DNA from: Scyliorhinus canicula
Taxonomy: Eukaryota
Reading direction: 5' to 3'
DNA: 64,000 nt
Assembly (NCBI RefSeq): GCF_902713615.1
Contig: NC_052149.1
Location: 125,677,256 to 125,741,255, forward strand
This document shows, one piece after another, positions 35,945 to 49,285 of this stretch. A program made the position numbers and the translations under genes. A model generated the notes under the pieces. That model searched no databases, was not told where the DNA came from, and saw only the letters and a list, made by a program, of their open reading frames with translations. The stretch's first letter is position 1. Each line of letters starts with the position of its first letter.

Positions 35945-38440
35945 TCCTGGCAAGAGGGTGTCACTGGCTGGAACAGCATTTATTGCCCATTCCTAATTTC
36001 TCCTGAGAACGTGGTGGTGAGCTGCCTTCTTGAACCACTGCAGTCCATGTGGTGTATCTACATCCACAATGCTGATTGGGAGGGAGTTCCAGGGTTTTTA
36101 CCCAATGACAGTGAAGGAACGACCAATATATTTCCAGGTTAGGATAATGTGCATCTTGGAAGAGAACTTCCAGGTGGTGGTGTTCCCAGGTATCTGCTGC
36201 CCTTGCCCTTCTGGGTATTAGTGGTTGTGGGTTTTGAAGAGGATGTTGAAGGAACCTTGGTGAGTTGCTGCAGTGCATCAGTGGTGGAGGGAGTGAATAC
36301 CGAGGGTGGTGGGTGGGGAGCCAATCATGTGACTGCTTTGTCCTGGATGGTGTTGAGTTTCTTGAGTGTTGTTGGAGCTGCACTCATCCAGGGAAGTGGG
36401 GAGTATTCCATCACACTCCTGACTTGTGCCTTGTAGATGGTGGACAGGCTTTGGGGAGTTAGGAGGTGAGTTACTCACCGCAGAATTCCCAGCCTCTATC
36501 CTGCTCTTGTAGCCACAGTATTTATATGGCTGGTCCAGTTCAGTTTCTGGTTCATGGTAACCCCCAGGATGTTGGTAGTGGGGGATTCAGTGATGGTAAT
36601 ACCAGTTGATGTCAAGGGGCGATGATTAGATTGTCTCTTGTTCGAGATGATCACTGCCTGGTACCTGTGTGGTGTGAGTGTTATTTGCCATTGTCAGCCC
36701 AAACCTGAAATATTTTCCTTTTTTCACACACATGACTCCAACCAGCAAATTGTTTTCTCTCAATTTCCATTGACTCCAGTTTTCCTAAACTCCTTGATGC
36801 CACACTCGGTCAAATGCTGCCCCGATATCAATGGGAATGACACTCAACTCACCTCTGGAGTTCAGCTCTTTTGTCCATGTTTAATCCAAGGCTGCAATGA
36901 GGTCAGGATCTGAGTGACTGAAACTGAGAATCCAGCCGCAGGTCATTGCTGAGTAAGTGCCACATGATCGCGCTGTTAATGACTCCTCCCATCACTTCAC
37001 TAAAGAACAGGATTTGTCCCGTTTCTTGTGTGCATGACACAACTGGGCAATTTTCCACATTGCTGGGTAGATGCCAGTGTTGCAGCTGTACTGGAACAGC
37101 TTGGCAAGGGGAAAGTTCTGGAGCACAAGCCTTCAGTACCATTGCCGGAATATTGTCAAGGCCTCTAGCCTATGCAGCTGTTTCTTGACATCACGTGGAG
37201 TGAATCGTATTAGCTGAAGACTGGCATCTGGGATGCTGGGAAGCTCCAGGGCAAATCGAGATGGATCATCCACTGAGCACTTCTAGCTGAAGATTGTTGT
37301 GGATGCTTCAGCTTTATCTGTTGCACAGATGTGCTGGGCTCCCCCATGTTGAGGATGGGGATATTTGTGGAACCTCCTCCTCCAATGAATTGTTTAATTT
37401 TCCGCCACCATTCACGGCTGGTTGTGGCAGGACTACAGAGCTCAGATCTGATCCATTGGTTGGGAATTGCTTAGCTATGTCTGTCACTTGCTGCTTATGG
37501 TGTTTGACAAACAAGTAGTCGTGTAGCTTCACCAGGGTGACACCTCATTGTTAGTTATGCCTGGTGTTGCTCCTGACATGCTCTCCTCCACTCTTTATTG
37601 AACCAGGGTTGATCTCCTGGATTGGTGGTGATGAAAGAGTGGAGAATATTCTGGGCCTTGAGGTAACAGATTGTGGCTGGGTACAATTCTGCTGCTGCTG
37701 ATGGTCCACAGAGTGTCCCGAATGTCCAGTTTTAAGTTGCTAGATCTGTTCTAAATCTATCCCATTTATCACAGTGTTAGTGCCACATAACACAATGGAA
37801 GGTATTCTCAAAGTGTTGGTGGGACTTTGTCTCCACAAGGACTGTGTGGTGGTCACTCCTACCGATACTGTCATGGACAGATGCAACTGAGGCAGGCAGG
37901 TTGGTGAAGTCAAGTATGTTTCTTCCTCATGTTGGTTCCCTCATTACTTGCCACAGACCCAGTCGAGCAGTTAAGACACGACCAGCTCGGTCAGTAATGG
38001 TACTACAGCGACACTGTTCATGATGGACATTCAAGTTCCCCCACCCAAGTTACAATTTGTGCCTTTTCCACCTCAGTGCTTCTTCCACTAAGTGTTCAAC
38101 ATGGCGGAGTTCTGATTCATAAACTGCAGCCAATGGTAACCAGCAGGAGGTTTCCTTGTCCATGTTTGACCTGGTACCATGAGACTACATGGAGTCAGGA
38201 TTCAATGTTGAGTATTCCCAGGGTGACTCCCTCCCGACTGTATCCCACTGTGTCACCCACCCCTGCTGGGTCTGTCCTGCCGGTGAGGTATGATTCTGTG
38301 AGTGTGACTATGTCAGGCTGTTGCTGACTAGTCTGTGGGACAGCTCTCCCAATTCTAACACAAGCCCCCAGATATTAGTGAGGAGGACTTCGCGCGGTCG
38401 ACAGAGCTGGGTTTGTGTTGTTGTTTCCGGGGTCTCGGTT
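35945..38440 (-). mobile_element. Decayed non-LTR retrotransposon of the same family that seeded the 57-bp array (clade not resolved by eye)
   Basis: VLKACAPEL...NCPVV RT-proximal remnant. The 3' end aattaggaatgggcaataaatgctg is also present at ~26340. Confidence 0.7.
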
Positions 38441-38459
38441 GATGCCGGGTGGTCCGTCT

Positions 38460-38705
38460 GGTCAGACCAGGTAAGGACGGCAGATTCCCTTCCCTAAAGG
38501 ACATTAGTGAACGAGATGGGTTTTTACGACAAATGACAATGGTTTGATGGTCACCATTACTGAGACGAGCTTTTAATTCCAGATTTATTCATTGAATTTA
38601 AATTGCACCCGCTGCCATGGTGGGATTTGAACCTGTGACCAGAGCATTAGCCTGGGCCTCTGGATTACTAGTCCAGTGACATTACCACTACACCACGGCC
38701 TCCCC
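38460..38705 (-). mobile_element. tRNA-derived SINE (third family)
   Basis: Minus-strand head gggaggccgtggtgtagtggtaatgtcactggactagtaatccagag...ggttcaaatcccacc. Confidence 0.65.
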
Positions 38706-39599
38706 CACATTGTGCTGTGGGGCTCCATGGAACTGTATCCCAGCATGAAGTGTCCCTCAGGAGGGGAGAGGGAATGTTCGGAGCCCTGAGCTCCATTTCC
38801 CAGCCCAGGCATTATTGTCTTCCAATGAATGAATGAGATGCCAATTTGGAGCCAGGTTAGGGACAGTCTCGTGCTGTGGACCCAGGTCAACAAGAGGCAA
38901 TTGGAGATATCCCTGAAAGGGAAAGATTGGCTGGGTTATGGGGAGAGAGAGGGGGAGTGGGACTAATTGGGTAAGTCACAGCACGATGGGCAGAATGGCC
39001 TCCTTCTGTGCTGGAAGATTCGAGGTAGTGGACACGGTTCACAGTTTCTCCCGTGTCAGTAACAAACATCCAGCTGCTCTGAGCCCCTTCTTTCACTTCC
39101 TCTGTTGGTTACGTTTCAATCTTCCGATCTGACAGTCTTTGCTGTTATTTTTTACACTGGGGGTTTCTGCTGTGGTCTGAATCTCTAACAATAACTGTCC
39201 AATCAGTGACAAGAACAGCAGCTCAGAGCAGTCAGGACTGAGGAGCCAGGCTCACTGGGAAACACATTGGGAAGATCAAAGCCATCGTCTTCAGCTCCCG
39301 ATACAAACTCCATCCCTCTCCCTGAGCTGTCTGCTGCTCAACCAGACTCTTTACAACATTGGTCTCATCTCTCTGTTCCTCCACGGTTCCCAGCTTCCCA
39401 CCATTTAGAAATGACTCTGATTTCTCTTTCTGTGGTCCAAAGTGGATGATTTCACAGCCCCACATTGAACTCCATCTGCCATTGTCTTCAGTCCCCATCA
39501 CAATCTCTGTTCCCCAGACACTGATTCCATCCTTCTCCCTGGGCCTGTCTGACTCTGAAACACACAGTTCACAGCCATGGTGTCCTATTTGACCCTGAG

Positions 39600-39975
39600 A
39601 TGACCTTTCCACCACATCATCCGCTCCATCACTAAGACGGCCTATTTCCCCCTCGGTAACATCGCCCGAGTCCGTCCTGCCTCACATCATCTGCTGCTGA
39701 GAATCTCCTCCATGTCTTTGTTCCCTCTAAACGTGACTATTCCAATGCTGTCCTGGCCGGCCTCACACCTACCACCCTCCGTAAACATCAGCTGATCCAA
39801 AACTCTGCTGCCTGGATCTGAACTCACACCAAATCCCGTTTACCCATCACCCCCTCTGCTCACTGACCTACACTGACTCCCGGTCCAGCAATGCCTCGAT
39901 TTTAAATTCTCATCCTTGTTCTCAAACCCCTCCCTGTCTTCCACCCTCCCTATCTCTGTAAGCTCCTCCAAGCTG
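39600..39975 (+). mobile_element. L2 ORF2 C-terminal fragment
   Basis: gactattccaatgctgtcctggccggcctc...cagctgatccaaaactctgctgcc...tttaaattctcatccttg, typical of the L2 3' coding region. Confidence 0.7.
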
Positions 39976-42364
39976 CCTAACTTAGTGTGGCCAGTAACTT
40001 GGATATATGTCTCTCTATTCCTTCATCCAAGTCATTGAGAAATACAGTGAAAAGCAGAGGCTCCAGCTCAGATCCCTGGGGACATTACTATTCACATCTT
40101 GCTGATTGGAGTACACATACATTATCCCTACTCCCTACTCCTACCTACTAACTAATTCCTTATCCATGGAAAATTATTTCCTCAAATTCCATATGCTTCC
40201 AATTTTATTAACAGCCTCTCATGTGGAACCTTCTCGATTGTCTTCTGGAAATCCATACCAAAGAACAAAGAACAAAGAATAATACAGCACAGGAACAGGC
40301 CCTTCGGCCCTCCAAGCCTGTACCAGCCATGATACCAAAACCCAGCACTTTCTAGTGCCGGATCCCTCTTTACCCATTTTATCCATGTATTTGTCAAGAT
40401 GCGTTTTGAATGCCGTCAATGTATCTGCTTCCACAACCTTCTCTGGCAGCGAGTTCCAGGCACTCACCACCCTCTGTGTAAAAACCTGCCTCGCACATCT
40501 CCTCTAAGCTTTGTCCCAAGAACCAATGCCCCCGATTGACTGTCCCCTCCACCCTGGGAAAGAGTGCCTGTCCATTCACTCTATCCATGCTTCTCATAAT
40601 CTTGTAGACTTCCATCAGGTCTCCCCTCAGTCTCCATCGTTCTAATGAAAGCAGTCCGATTCTGTTCAGCCTCTCCACATAGCTACCACCCTCCAGACCA
40701 TGCAACATCCTGGTAAACCTCCTCTGCACCCTCTCCAAAGACTCCACATCCTTCTGGTAGTGTGGCGACCAGAATTGTGCGCAATATTCCAAATGCGGCC
40801 TTACCAAGGTTCTATACAACTGTAGCATGACTTCCCAGTCTTTATACTCGATGCCCCGTCCAATGAAGGCAAGCATTCCGTATGCTTTCTTGACTACCTT
40901 GTCCACTTGTGTTGCCACTTTCAAAGATTAATGGAATTGCACGCCCAGATCTCTCTGACTTTCTATATTCCAAAGTGTTTTGCCATTTACTACATATTTC
41001 CCCTCTCTGTTAGACTTAGCAAAATGGGACTTCTGGTGGCGGCCACGGAGTGAACGGTCGCACATTTGGCAGCTCCCGCTCATGGTGGTGTTTTTGTGGC
41101 TTTTAAACCGGATTATTGGAGGAATTTTGTAGAGAAAGAGTGTAGAAGCAAGAACAGAAGAAAAGGACCCCTAGGTTATGGAGCTGCGGCCCAGAGGTCA
41201 CCGGAGAAAAAGAACGAATCAGGCAATGGTGAGGAGCAGATAACGAGCGTGGAGATGGCGGACGAACAGGGTCGGAGCCCGTCAGCTCAGTGGTCGATGG
41301 ACCAGTTGGTGAGCTTCTTAAATGAGAAGTTCACCCAACAACGGAAGGAGAGTGTGGAGGACCTGGCCTGAGCGGAGGACTCGATCAAGGCGGTGGTTGA
41401 CCGCGTGGAGAGCAACCTGGCAGCCCAGGGACAGGCGATCCAGAGGTTGGAGGAGCTGGCGGGGGAGCATGAGGACCAGTCCACCTCGATGGCAGCAGAG
41501 ATTGGGATGCTGCGTGACCAGCAGAAGGGGCTGCTGGAGAAAGTGGAGGACCTGGAAAATTGTTCTCGGAGGCAGAACATTCGGATCGTGGGTCTGCCGG
41601 AGGGAATCGAAGGATCGGACGCTGCTGCGTATGTGGGGAAGGTGTTGGAGAAGCTGCTTGGACAATGTGCGTTCGACCGGCCTTTGGAGGTGGATTGGGC
41701 CCACAGGGCGCTCATGCGCAAGCCCCAGGGGGGTGAGCCTCCGAGGGCAATGGTGGCTCGATTACATCGGTTCCTGGACAAGGAACGCATTATGAGGTTG
41801 GCCAGGCCGACGAGGCGATGCACGAGGTGGGGACCTGGAGTTATACTTTGGCTCGGCGGAGGATGCAGCGGACCTTATGCAGGAGAATAGACTGACATGA
41901 GAAGGACTTTGACTGCGGGGAACTGAACTATGCTTTGTAAAACTTTGGATTTGCGCTGTTCAGACTTATTTTGGGAGTTTTGCTTGTTTCTTTTTGTTTT
42001 TTCGGTTCTGTTTGGGGTTAGGCTGGTGTACAGTATAGCAGTTCGTTAAGGGAGGAGGGGTGGGCCTTTGTGCTCGGACCTTGGGAGGGATTGTTTATTT
42101 GTTTTTGCTTCTTTCCTTTGTTTTGACTGTTTGCACTAAGAGCGGGGGGGGGTGGGGGTGGGTGGGGGGGAAACCAGTGGGGGGTAAGATGCTAGGTGCC
42201 ATGGGCGGGGGATGCCAGACTAGCTGGGAGGGTTAATTCACAGAAGCAAAGTGGGGGGTGAGCTCAAGACCGATGTGGGGGGGGGGGGGGGGGAGATGGG
42301 AGTGGGAGGGGTTGGGGTTGGGGGCTAGACTGCTGACTGGAAGGGAACTTTTGGGATGGAGGAG

Positions 42365-43136
42365 TGTTGCTACTTTTATTATCGAACCACAAGCAGCGAG
42401 TGTGTTTCTTGTATTGACCAAATGACCACACAACCAGAATGTTAGTTCAAAAGACGGTTTATTATTAAACACAAGACTTATCTCTCTGTGCAATGATACA
42501 CGTGGCTACGTATTAAACTACACCTATCAACTAAGATGACCTTTATTTAACTTCTGGATGACCGGCTCTGTGCGGGTAGATGAGGCCTTCATCTGAGTCC
42601 CCACGTGTGTCGGCTGGAAATTGTCAGGTTTGTCTCGGCAGCGGCTCGTCTCTCTCACGTAGCGATCGCGGGTCTTGAACTTGGCTGGTTGTTATGCTGC
42701 AATTGGTGTGGGCACAGGCCGGTCTCAAAAGAGACCGATCTCTAGTTGCACAGGGCTTCTTATCCTTCTCCTTTTTCATGCCCTTTGGGCGGTACGAACT
42801 CAGGATCCAATGGATCGATAGGGTCTTGATCACTCTAATCGATTCTGACCAATTAGGGGCAGGCACCTTGATGGCTGGGCAGGTCCTAGTTACCATTGTC
42901 CCAAGTACATATGTCTTTCCAAATAAAGGGAAGCGGACCCGGTGAGTCTGCGAGTGTTGTTATCCCTTAACTTGAGTCTATTGTCCTGGGGAAATTGGTG
43001 ATTGACCTTTAACAGGTGCAAGCTTCAGTCCGGTCTGGTTTTCCTTTGCTCAATACACAGGGCTGTGTACTGTCTGTGGCCCAACTTGACTACAATTTCC
43101 ATTATCCTTTGTGGGCGGCCATTATAGATGGCCACA
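42365..43136 (-). mobile_element. 772-bp solo LTR (ERV-like) in the L1 inter-ORF region
   Basis: TG...CA ends and a 4-bp TSD GGAG (42361-64 and 43137-40). AATAAA on the minus strand near 42460. Confidence 0.75.
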
Positions 43137-43872
43137 GGAGGAGAAGGGTTGATGGCGGTGGTTGCCTGAGGGAGGGTTGGGGGAGGTCTGGGACATGGCT
43201 GAGGACTGGCCAAGGAGAGGTTATGATTGATCGGCGGGGGAGGGCGCAGGTGCCCCCCAACCATGCTGGTCACATGGAACCTTTGTGGACTGAATGGGCC
43301 AGTCAAAAGGGCCCGTGTGTTCAAGCACTACTTGAGGCAACTGTAGGCGGACGTGGCCATGTTGCAGGAGACATATTTGAAGGTGGGGGATCAGATTAGT
43401 TTGAGGAAGGGATGGGTCAGGCGGGTGTTCCATTCGGGGTTAGACTTTAAAACGAGAGGGGTGGCGATCCTGATCAATAAACGGGTGGCATTTGAGGCGG
43501 GGAAGATAGAGGCGGACCCGAGGGTAGATTTATTATGGTTAGTGGGAAATTGGAGGGGAAGGCTGTGGATCCCGGACCTGGGTTCACATCCACTGATTAT
43601 GGGGGGAGACTTTAACACGGTCCTGGATCCGAGCCTGGATAGGTCGAGTCCCAGGTCTGGAAAGGAATCAGCTATGGCAAAGGAGCTGTGGGGGTTTATG
43701 GAGCGCATGGGGGTGTGTGGATCCATGGAGATTTGGGAGGCCAAGGAGTAAGGAGATTTCATTCTACTCCCATGTTCACAATGTGTATTCCCGGATAGAC
43801 TGCTTTGTGTTGGACAAAACGCTGCTGGCTGAGGTGGTGGATGCTGAATATTCAGCAATAGTGGTGTCAGAC

Positions 43873-44037
43873 AGGGCAGCAGCCTCACGGCGCCGAGGTC
43901 CCAGGTTCAATCCCGGCTCTGGGTCACTGTCTGTGTGGAGTTTGCACATTCTCCCCGTGTTTGTGTGGGTTTCACCCCCACAATCCAAAGATGTGCAGGG
44001 TAAAATTAATTGGGTACACTAAATTTAAAAAAAAAGT
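43873..44037 (+). mobile_element. HE1-type SINE inside the L1 endonuclease
   Basis: The host sequence tagtggtgtcagac is duplicated on both sides. Confidence 0.8.
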
Positions 44038-47000
44038 AGTGGTGTCAGACTGTGCCATGCACTGGGTAGAGCTGCAAGTGAGCAAAGGAGAGGCCCAGCG
44101 GCCGCAATGGAGGTTAGATGTGGGGCTGTTAGCGGAGGAGGAGGTGTGCGAGGCCATTCGGGGATACATAAGGATCAATGATATGGTTGAGGGCTCGGCG
44201 GGGGTGGTTTGCGAGGCACTGAAGGCGTTTATTAGGGGGGGATTCATCTCGATTCGGGCCCATAAGGAGAAGGCTGAGCAGGCGGAGTTGGACAGGCTGG
44301 TAGGCGAACTTTTACAGGTGGACAGGAGGTATGCGGAGTCTCCGGATGACGGGCTTCTGAAGGAACGTCAGAGACTGCAGCTGGAATTTGGGCTCCTGTC
44401 CACAGGTAAGGCGGAGGGACAGCTGAGGATGGTGTATGAATATGGGGAAAAACCAGCAGGATGCTGGCCCACCAGCTAAGGTAACAGGAGGCGGTGAGAG
44501 ACATTGGGAAAGAAAAGGATACAGGGCGGAAGTTGGTTGTGGATCCGGCGGGGGTGAATGATGCGTGTCGGGAGTTTTACAGTAAATTGTATAAATCGGA
44601 ACCCCCCAGCCGGGGAGGAGGGTATGAAGCGATTCCTGGGGAGACTGGAGTTACTGAGGATGGATGAGGAGTTGGTGGAGGATTTGGGTGCCCCAATTGG
44701 GCTTGGGGAGGTTATAGACGGGGTAAAGCTCCGGGACCCGACGGATACCCCGTTGAGTTTTATGAAAAGTTTTCCGGGTTGCTGGGTCTGCCCGTGGTAA
44801 AGGCTTTTAATGAGTCCAAGGAGTTGGGAGTGCTCCCCGCTACGTTATCGCAGGCACCAATTTCCCTTATTCTGAAGCAGGATAAGGATCCAGAGAGTTG
44901 TGAGTCGTAAAGGCCGTTCTTCCTTCTGAATGTGGATGCGAAATTGCTGGCAAAGATCTCGGCCATGTGCTTAGAGGATTGTGTTCCGGGGGTAATAGGG
45001 GAGGACCAGGCGGGATTTGTGAAGGGACGACACCTGACGTCCAACATTAGACGGCTCCTAAACGTGATAATGATGCCAGCGGAGGGACGCGAGGTCAAGG
45101 TGGTGGTGGCCATGGATGCAGAAAAGGTCTTTGATCGGGTGGAGGGTAGGTGCCTGGGGGATGTCCTGGGAAGGTTTGGGTTCAGGAAGGGATTTGTGAA
45201 CTGGGTCCGGTTGCTATATCAGGCATCGGTGGCGGATGTAAGGGCCGACTGGGGTCAGCTTCATAAGTTAAATTTGGGCAGGGTGATTGAACAAATGAAT
45301 GGTGACTTCCGCAGGTGGGACGTGCTCCCGCTGACATTGGCGGCGAGGGTACAGACTGTATAGATGACAGTCCTCCCAAAATTGCTGTTTGTGTCTCAGT
45401 GTCTTCCAATCTTCATTCCTAAGGCATTTTTTAGGAAGGTGAATGTGGCGATCTCGGGTTTTATCTGGGCAGGGAAAGCCCCGAGGGTGAAGGAGGTCTT
45501 GAGTGGGGGGGGGGCGGGGTGGGGGGGGGGGGGGGCTTGGCCCTTCCGAACTTTATTAATTACTACAGGGCGGCTAATATATCGATGGTTAGGCAGTGAC
45601 GTCGTGGGGAAGGGCGAGTAGAGACGGCACCTTGTAAGGGCACGAGTCTGGAGGCTCTGTTAACGGTACGTCTGCCGTTCTCGCTGGCTCGGTACTCCAC
45701 AAGCCCAGTGGTGGTGGCAGCCCTGAGGGTGTGGGGGCAATGGAGGCAGCACATGAGACTGGAGGGGGCGTTGGTGTGGTCACTGATCTGTGATAATCAC
45801 CGGTTTGCTCCGGGGGCGCTGGACAGGGGCTTTGGGAGGTGGAAGCGGGCAGGGATTGAGAGATTTGGGGATCTCTTCATTGAGGAGGGTTTCCCGAGCC
45901 TGGAGGAGCTAGAGGAGGAGTTTGAGTCGCCGGGTGGGAACGGACTTCGGTACCTGGAGGTATGGGACTTTGTCCGGAGTCAGGTTCCAAGCTTCCCTCG
46001 CCTCCCTCTAAGGGGACTACAGGATAAGTGATGTCTAGAGCAAGGGTTGGGGAGGGGAGGGTCTCGGACATACATAAGGAATTGATGGAGTGGGAAGGGG
46101 TCCCAATCGGGGAGGTGAAGAGGAAGTGGGAGGAAGAGTTGGGAGGGGAGTTGGAAGTTGGACTATGGGAGAAGGCCCTGAGGAGAGTCAATGTATCCTC
46201 ATCGTGTGCCAGGCTTAGTCTGATCCAGTTCAAAGTGGTCCACAGGCTCATATGACTGTGGCCCTGATGAGTAGGTTTTTAGAGGAGGTGGAAGATAGAT
46301 GTGGGCGGTACGGGGGATGCCCTGCAAATCATGTACATATGTGCCCGAGGCTGAGGGGATTTTGGCAGGGATTCGTGGATGTCATGTCAGAGGTCCTGGA
46401 AGGGAGGGTGACTCCGAGTCCAGAGGTGGCAATATTTGGAGTGTCAGATGATGCGGGAGCCCAGGGTGGGAGAGAGGCCGATATTTTGGTCTTTGCCTCC
46501 CTGGTGGCCCGGAGATGGATTTTGCTGGGATGGAGGGACTCTGAGCCTCCGAAGTCGGGGTGTGGGTCAGTGACATAGCAGGGTTTCTCAGGCTGGAGAA
46601 GAATAAGTTCACCTTAAGGGGTTCAGTACAGGAATTTGCTTGGAGGTGGCAGCCGTTCATTAACTTCTTCGTGGAAAACTGACCATCAGCAGGGGGGCGG
46701 GGGGGGGGGGGGAGGAGGAGGGGGGGGGAGGGGGGGAAAGAGGAAGCATGGCAGTAAAGAATAAGGGCAGGGAATCTAATATATGGGTAGTTAGGAGTTA
46801 GGGCGGGGGAGGGGGGGAGAGCGGGGTATGTGACTGTGAGGTTTTTGCACGTGTCGGACCGCTCTGTTGTTTAGAATGTTAAAATGTTAAAATTATAAAT
46901 GCCTCAATAAAATGTTTCCTAAAATAAAAGACCTTCCAAAATGCATTACCTTACATTTGTCCAGATTAAACTCCATTTGCCATTTCTCTGCCCAAGTCTA

Positions 47001-47902
47001 CAACATATCTATGTCCTGCTATATCGTCTGACAATCCTCAACACTATTTGCCACTCCACCAACCTTGGCGTCATCCTGCTGACCTCGTCATTAAATGTAA
47101 CCAGATTAGTTAAATATGTCTGACCCTTTTTAAATCCATGCTGACTCCCTCGGATCAATTCATATTTCTCACTCATTTTGTGTCTAATCACAAATTCCAG
47201 TCACTTCCCCATAACAGACATTAAACTGAGATGTTAGTTGTGAATGACTCTATCAAACAGCTAGCACAGACCCGAGGGGCTGAATGGCCTCCTCCTGTAC
47301 TGTAGGCTTGTCTGGCTCCCTGACTGAAAGATATGGATAGGAAGAGGAGGTGGGCTGGAGCTTAAACAATGAGTTGAATGTAAACGGAGTGTCATTAGTG
47401 GGTAATGGACAATGGACATTGTGTACATGGGCTTCTTGAAAAGATGTCTTTCTCTGTTTCCCTTTCCAGCTCCAGGACTCTCATTAAGGAGCTGAAAGAA
47501 TATTTAGTGAAGAAGTTTCCGGACTGTGCGGGCTGTGTGAAGGGTTTGGGCAGTAACTGATGATTGCAGCTCCTTGTTCTGTCTGTTCCTCCCTCCCCAC
47601 TGATCAAGCCGTTAGCCTCCTGTCACAGTGAGTGAAATGAGAATGGATATCATAGCGTCAGTCACAGAAACCAACAGCCTCACTGTCTGAGACACTGGGA
47701 CACACATCACTGCCTCACCTCAAAGAATGGAGCACTAATCCCCTCCCACCATGCTGAGAAACCATACAGCATGGGAAATATACTGACAAACAACACTTTA
47801 TATTATACACTCACACCCAGAGAACAGCTTCAGAGTAAATGGAGAGAGAGGGGGAGAGAGAGTGAGAGAGAGTGAGAGAGGGGAGAGAGAGTGGGAGAGA
47901 GA

Positions 47903-48594
47903 TGTGGTGATATGCATCATTGTAAATACACAAGGGGTTAATGTGAACACACTACACCTAGCTAGACACTAAAGGGAGCACCAGAGATATCATGACATGC
48001 AGACATACAGCCAATGGGACAGTGGATTAGGACATAACCAATGGCTGGCCAAGTGGTGCTCCCGTGCCAATCGGGCCCCTAGATGCCCCAAACGGCATCT
48101 GGCGCCCGTTTCACGAATGCAGCGACCAGGTGTGGTTGCTGCCGTGGTGAAATGGGTGTGAAGGGCCGGCCGCTCGGCCCATCGGGCTCGGAGAATCACC
48201 GTTCGCCGTGAAAACGATTTTTCCGAGCTGGGGGGTGGGGGGTGGAGAATCGCTGGGGCGCCAGGGGGACGTAAAAAATGTAGGGAAGCCCTCCCACGAT
48301 TCTCCCACGCTGCGTGGGGAGCGGAGAATTCCGCCCATCATCTTTCTCTTTCCACTGGACACTTAGTGAGTACAGACAGGGTTGATTCAACACATCACAC
48401 CCACACGTGGATTGTAGCAGACTGGTTAGTTAGTCTGAGTAGCTATAGAGAGATTGACCAGAGAGTCGAATCCAAGTAGGAGAACTGTCCACAGTTTACT
48501 AAATGTGTTAAAGCTATCTCCAAGTCTGAACCTTCCTTTGTCAGAGTGTAGATCAAGGAAGCAGCTTATGCTACATCAAGAGCATAACAAAACA
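47903..48594 (+). mobile_element. Solo LTR carrying a Harbinger-type MITE fragment (~48044-48336)
   Basis: TGTGGTGA...AAAACA termini with TSD AGAGA. Confidence 0.8.
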
Positions 48595-49285
48595 AGAGAG
48601 AGTGAGAGATAGATAGATAGAGAGAGAGAGATAAAGAAAGTGAGGGAGAGAGAGAGAGAGAGAGAGCGAGATGGATTGAGGTAGAGAGAGTGCAAGTGAG
48701 AGAGAGAGAAAGGGGAGAGAGATTGAGAGAGTGAGAGAGGGAGTGACATAGTGATAGAATAGTGAGAGGGAGAGAGAGCGAGAGGGATTGACGTAGTGAG
48801 AGAAGGAGCGTGAGAGAGAGAGACAGAGAGAGAGAGAGAAAGGGAGAGCGAGAGTGAGAGAGGGAGCGAAAGAGAGTGAGGGAGAGAGTCAGAGTGAGAG
48901 AGAGAGTGAGAAAGGGAGGTATAGAAAGGGAGTGAGCGGGAGAGAGAGGCAAAGAGAATGTGAGTGATTGAGGTGGAGTGAGAGAGAGGGAGAATGAGAG
49001 AGAGAGAAAGGGACAGAGTGAGAGCGAGTAATAGGGAGAGGGAGAGAGATGGAGTGAGAGAGAGATATATAGAGAGAAATGTTCATATAGAGAGATCAGA
49101 GGGAGAGAGGGGGAGGGAGGCAGAGAGAGTGAGATTGACATCGAGGGGGAGAAAGAGATTGAGATCGAGGGGAGAGCGAGAGAGAGAGAAGAGACCGTGT
49201 TAGAGAGAAAGAGCGAGAAAAAGAGAGAGAGATTGAGTTAGAAAGAGAAAGGGAGATTAAGGAAGGTTAAAGAGATAGAAGGAGG
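48595..49285. repeat. GA-rich simple/low-complexity repeat
   Basis: (GA)n-type tract, continuing at 47840-47900 and 49698-49830. Confidence 0.9.

Larger units (their letters stand above)
41027..46928 (+). mobile_element. Near-full-length decayed L1-clade LINE
   Basis: 5' UTR, ORF1 (EDLENCSRRQNIRIVGLPEG...EVDWAHRAL), APE domain (AMLQETYL, GGDFNTVLD, YSRID), RT, and A-rich tail. Diverged TSD agacttagcaaaat / agaccttccaaaat. Confidence 0.88.
40080..47220 (-). mobile_element. CR1 LINE fragment (40080-41026 and 46929-47220) split by an L1 insertion
   Basis: KKAYGMLAFIGRGIEYK...RPHLEYCAQFWSP (ORF 40394-40924). The host sequence resumes after 46928. Confidence 0.85.
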
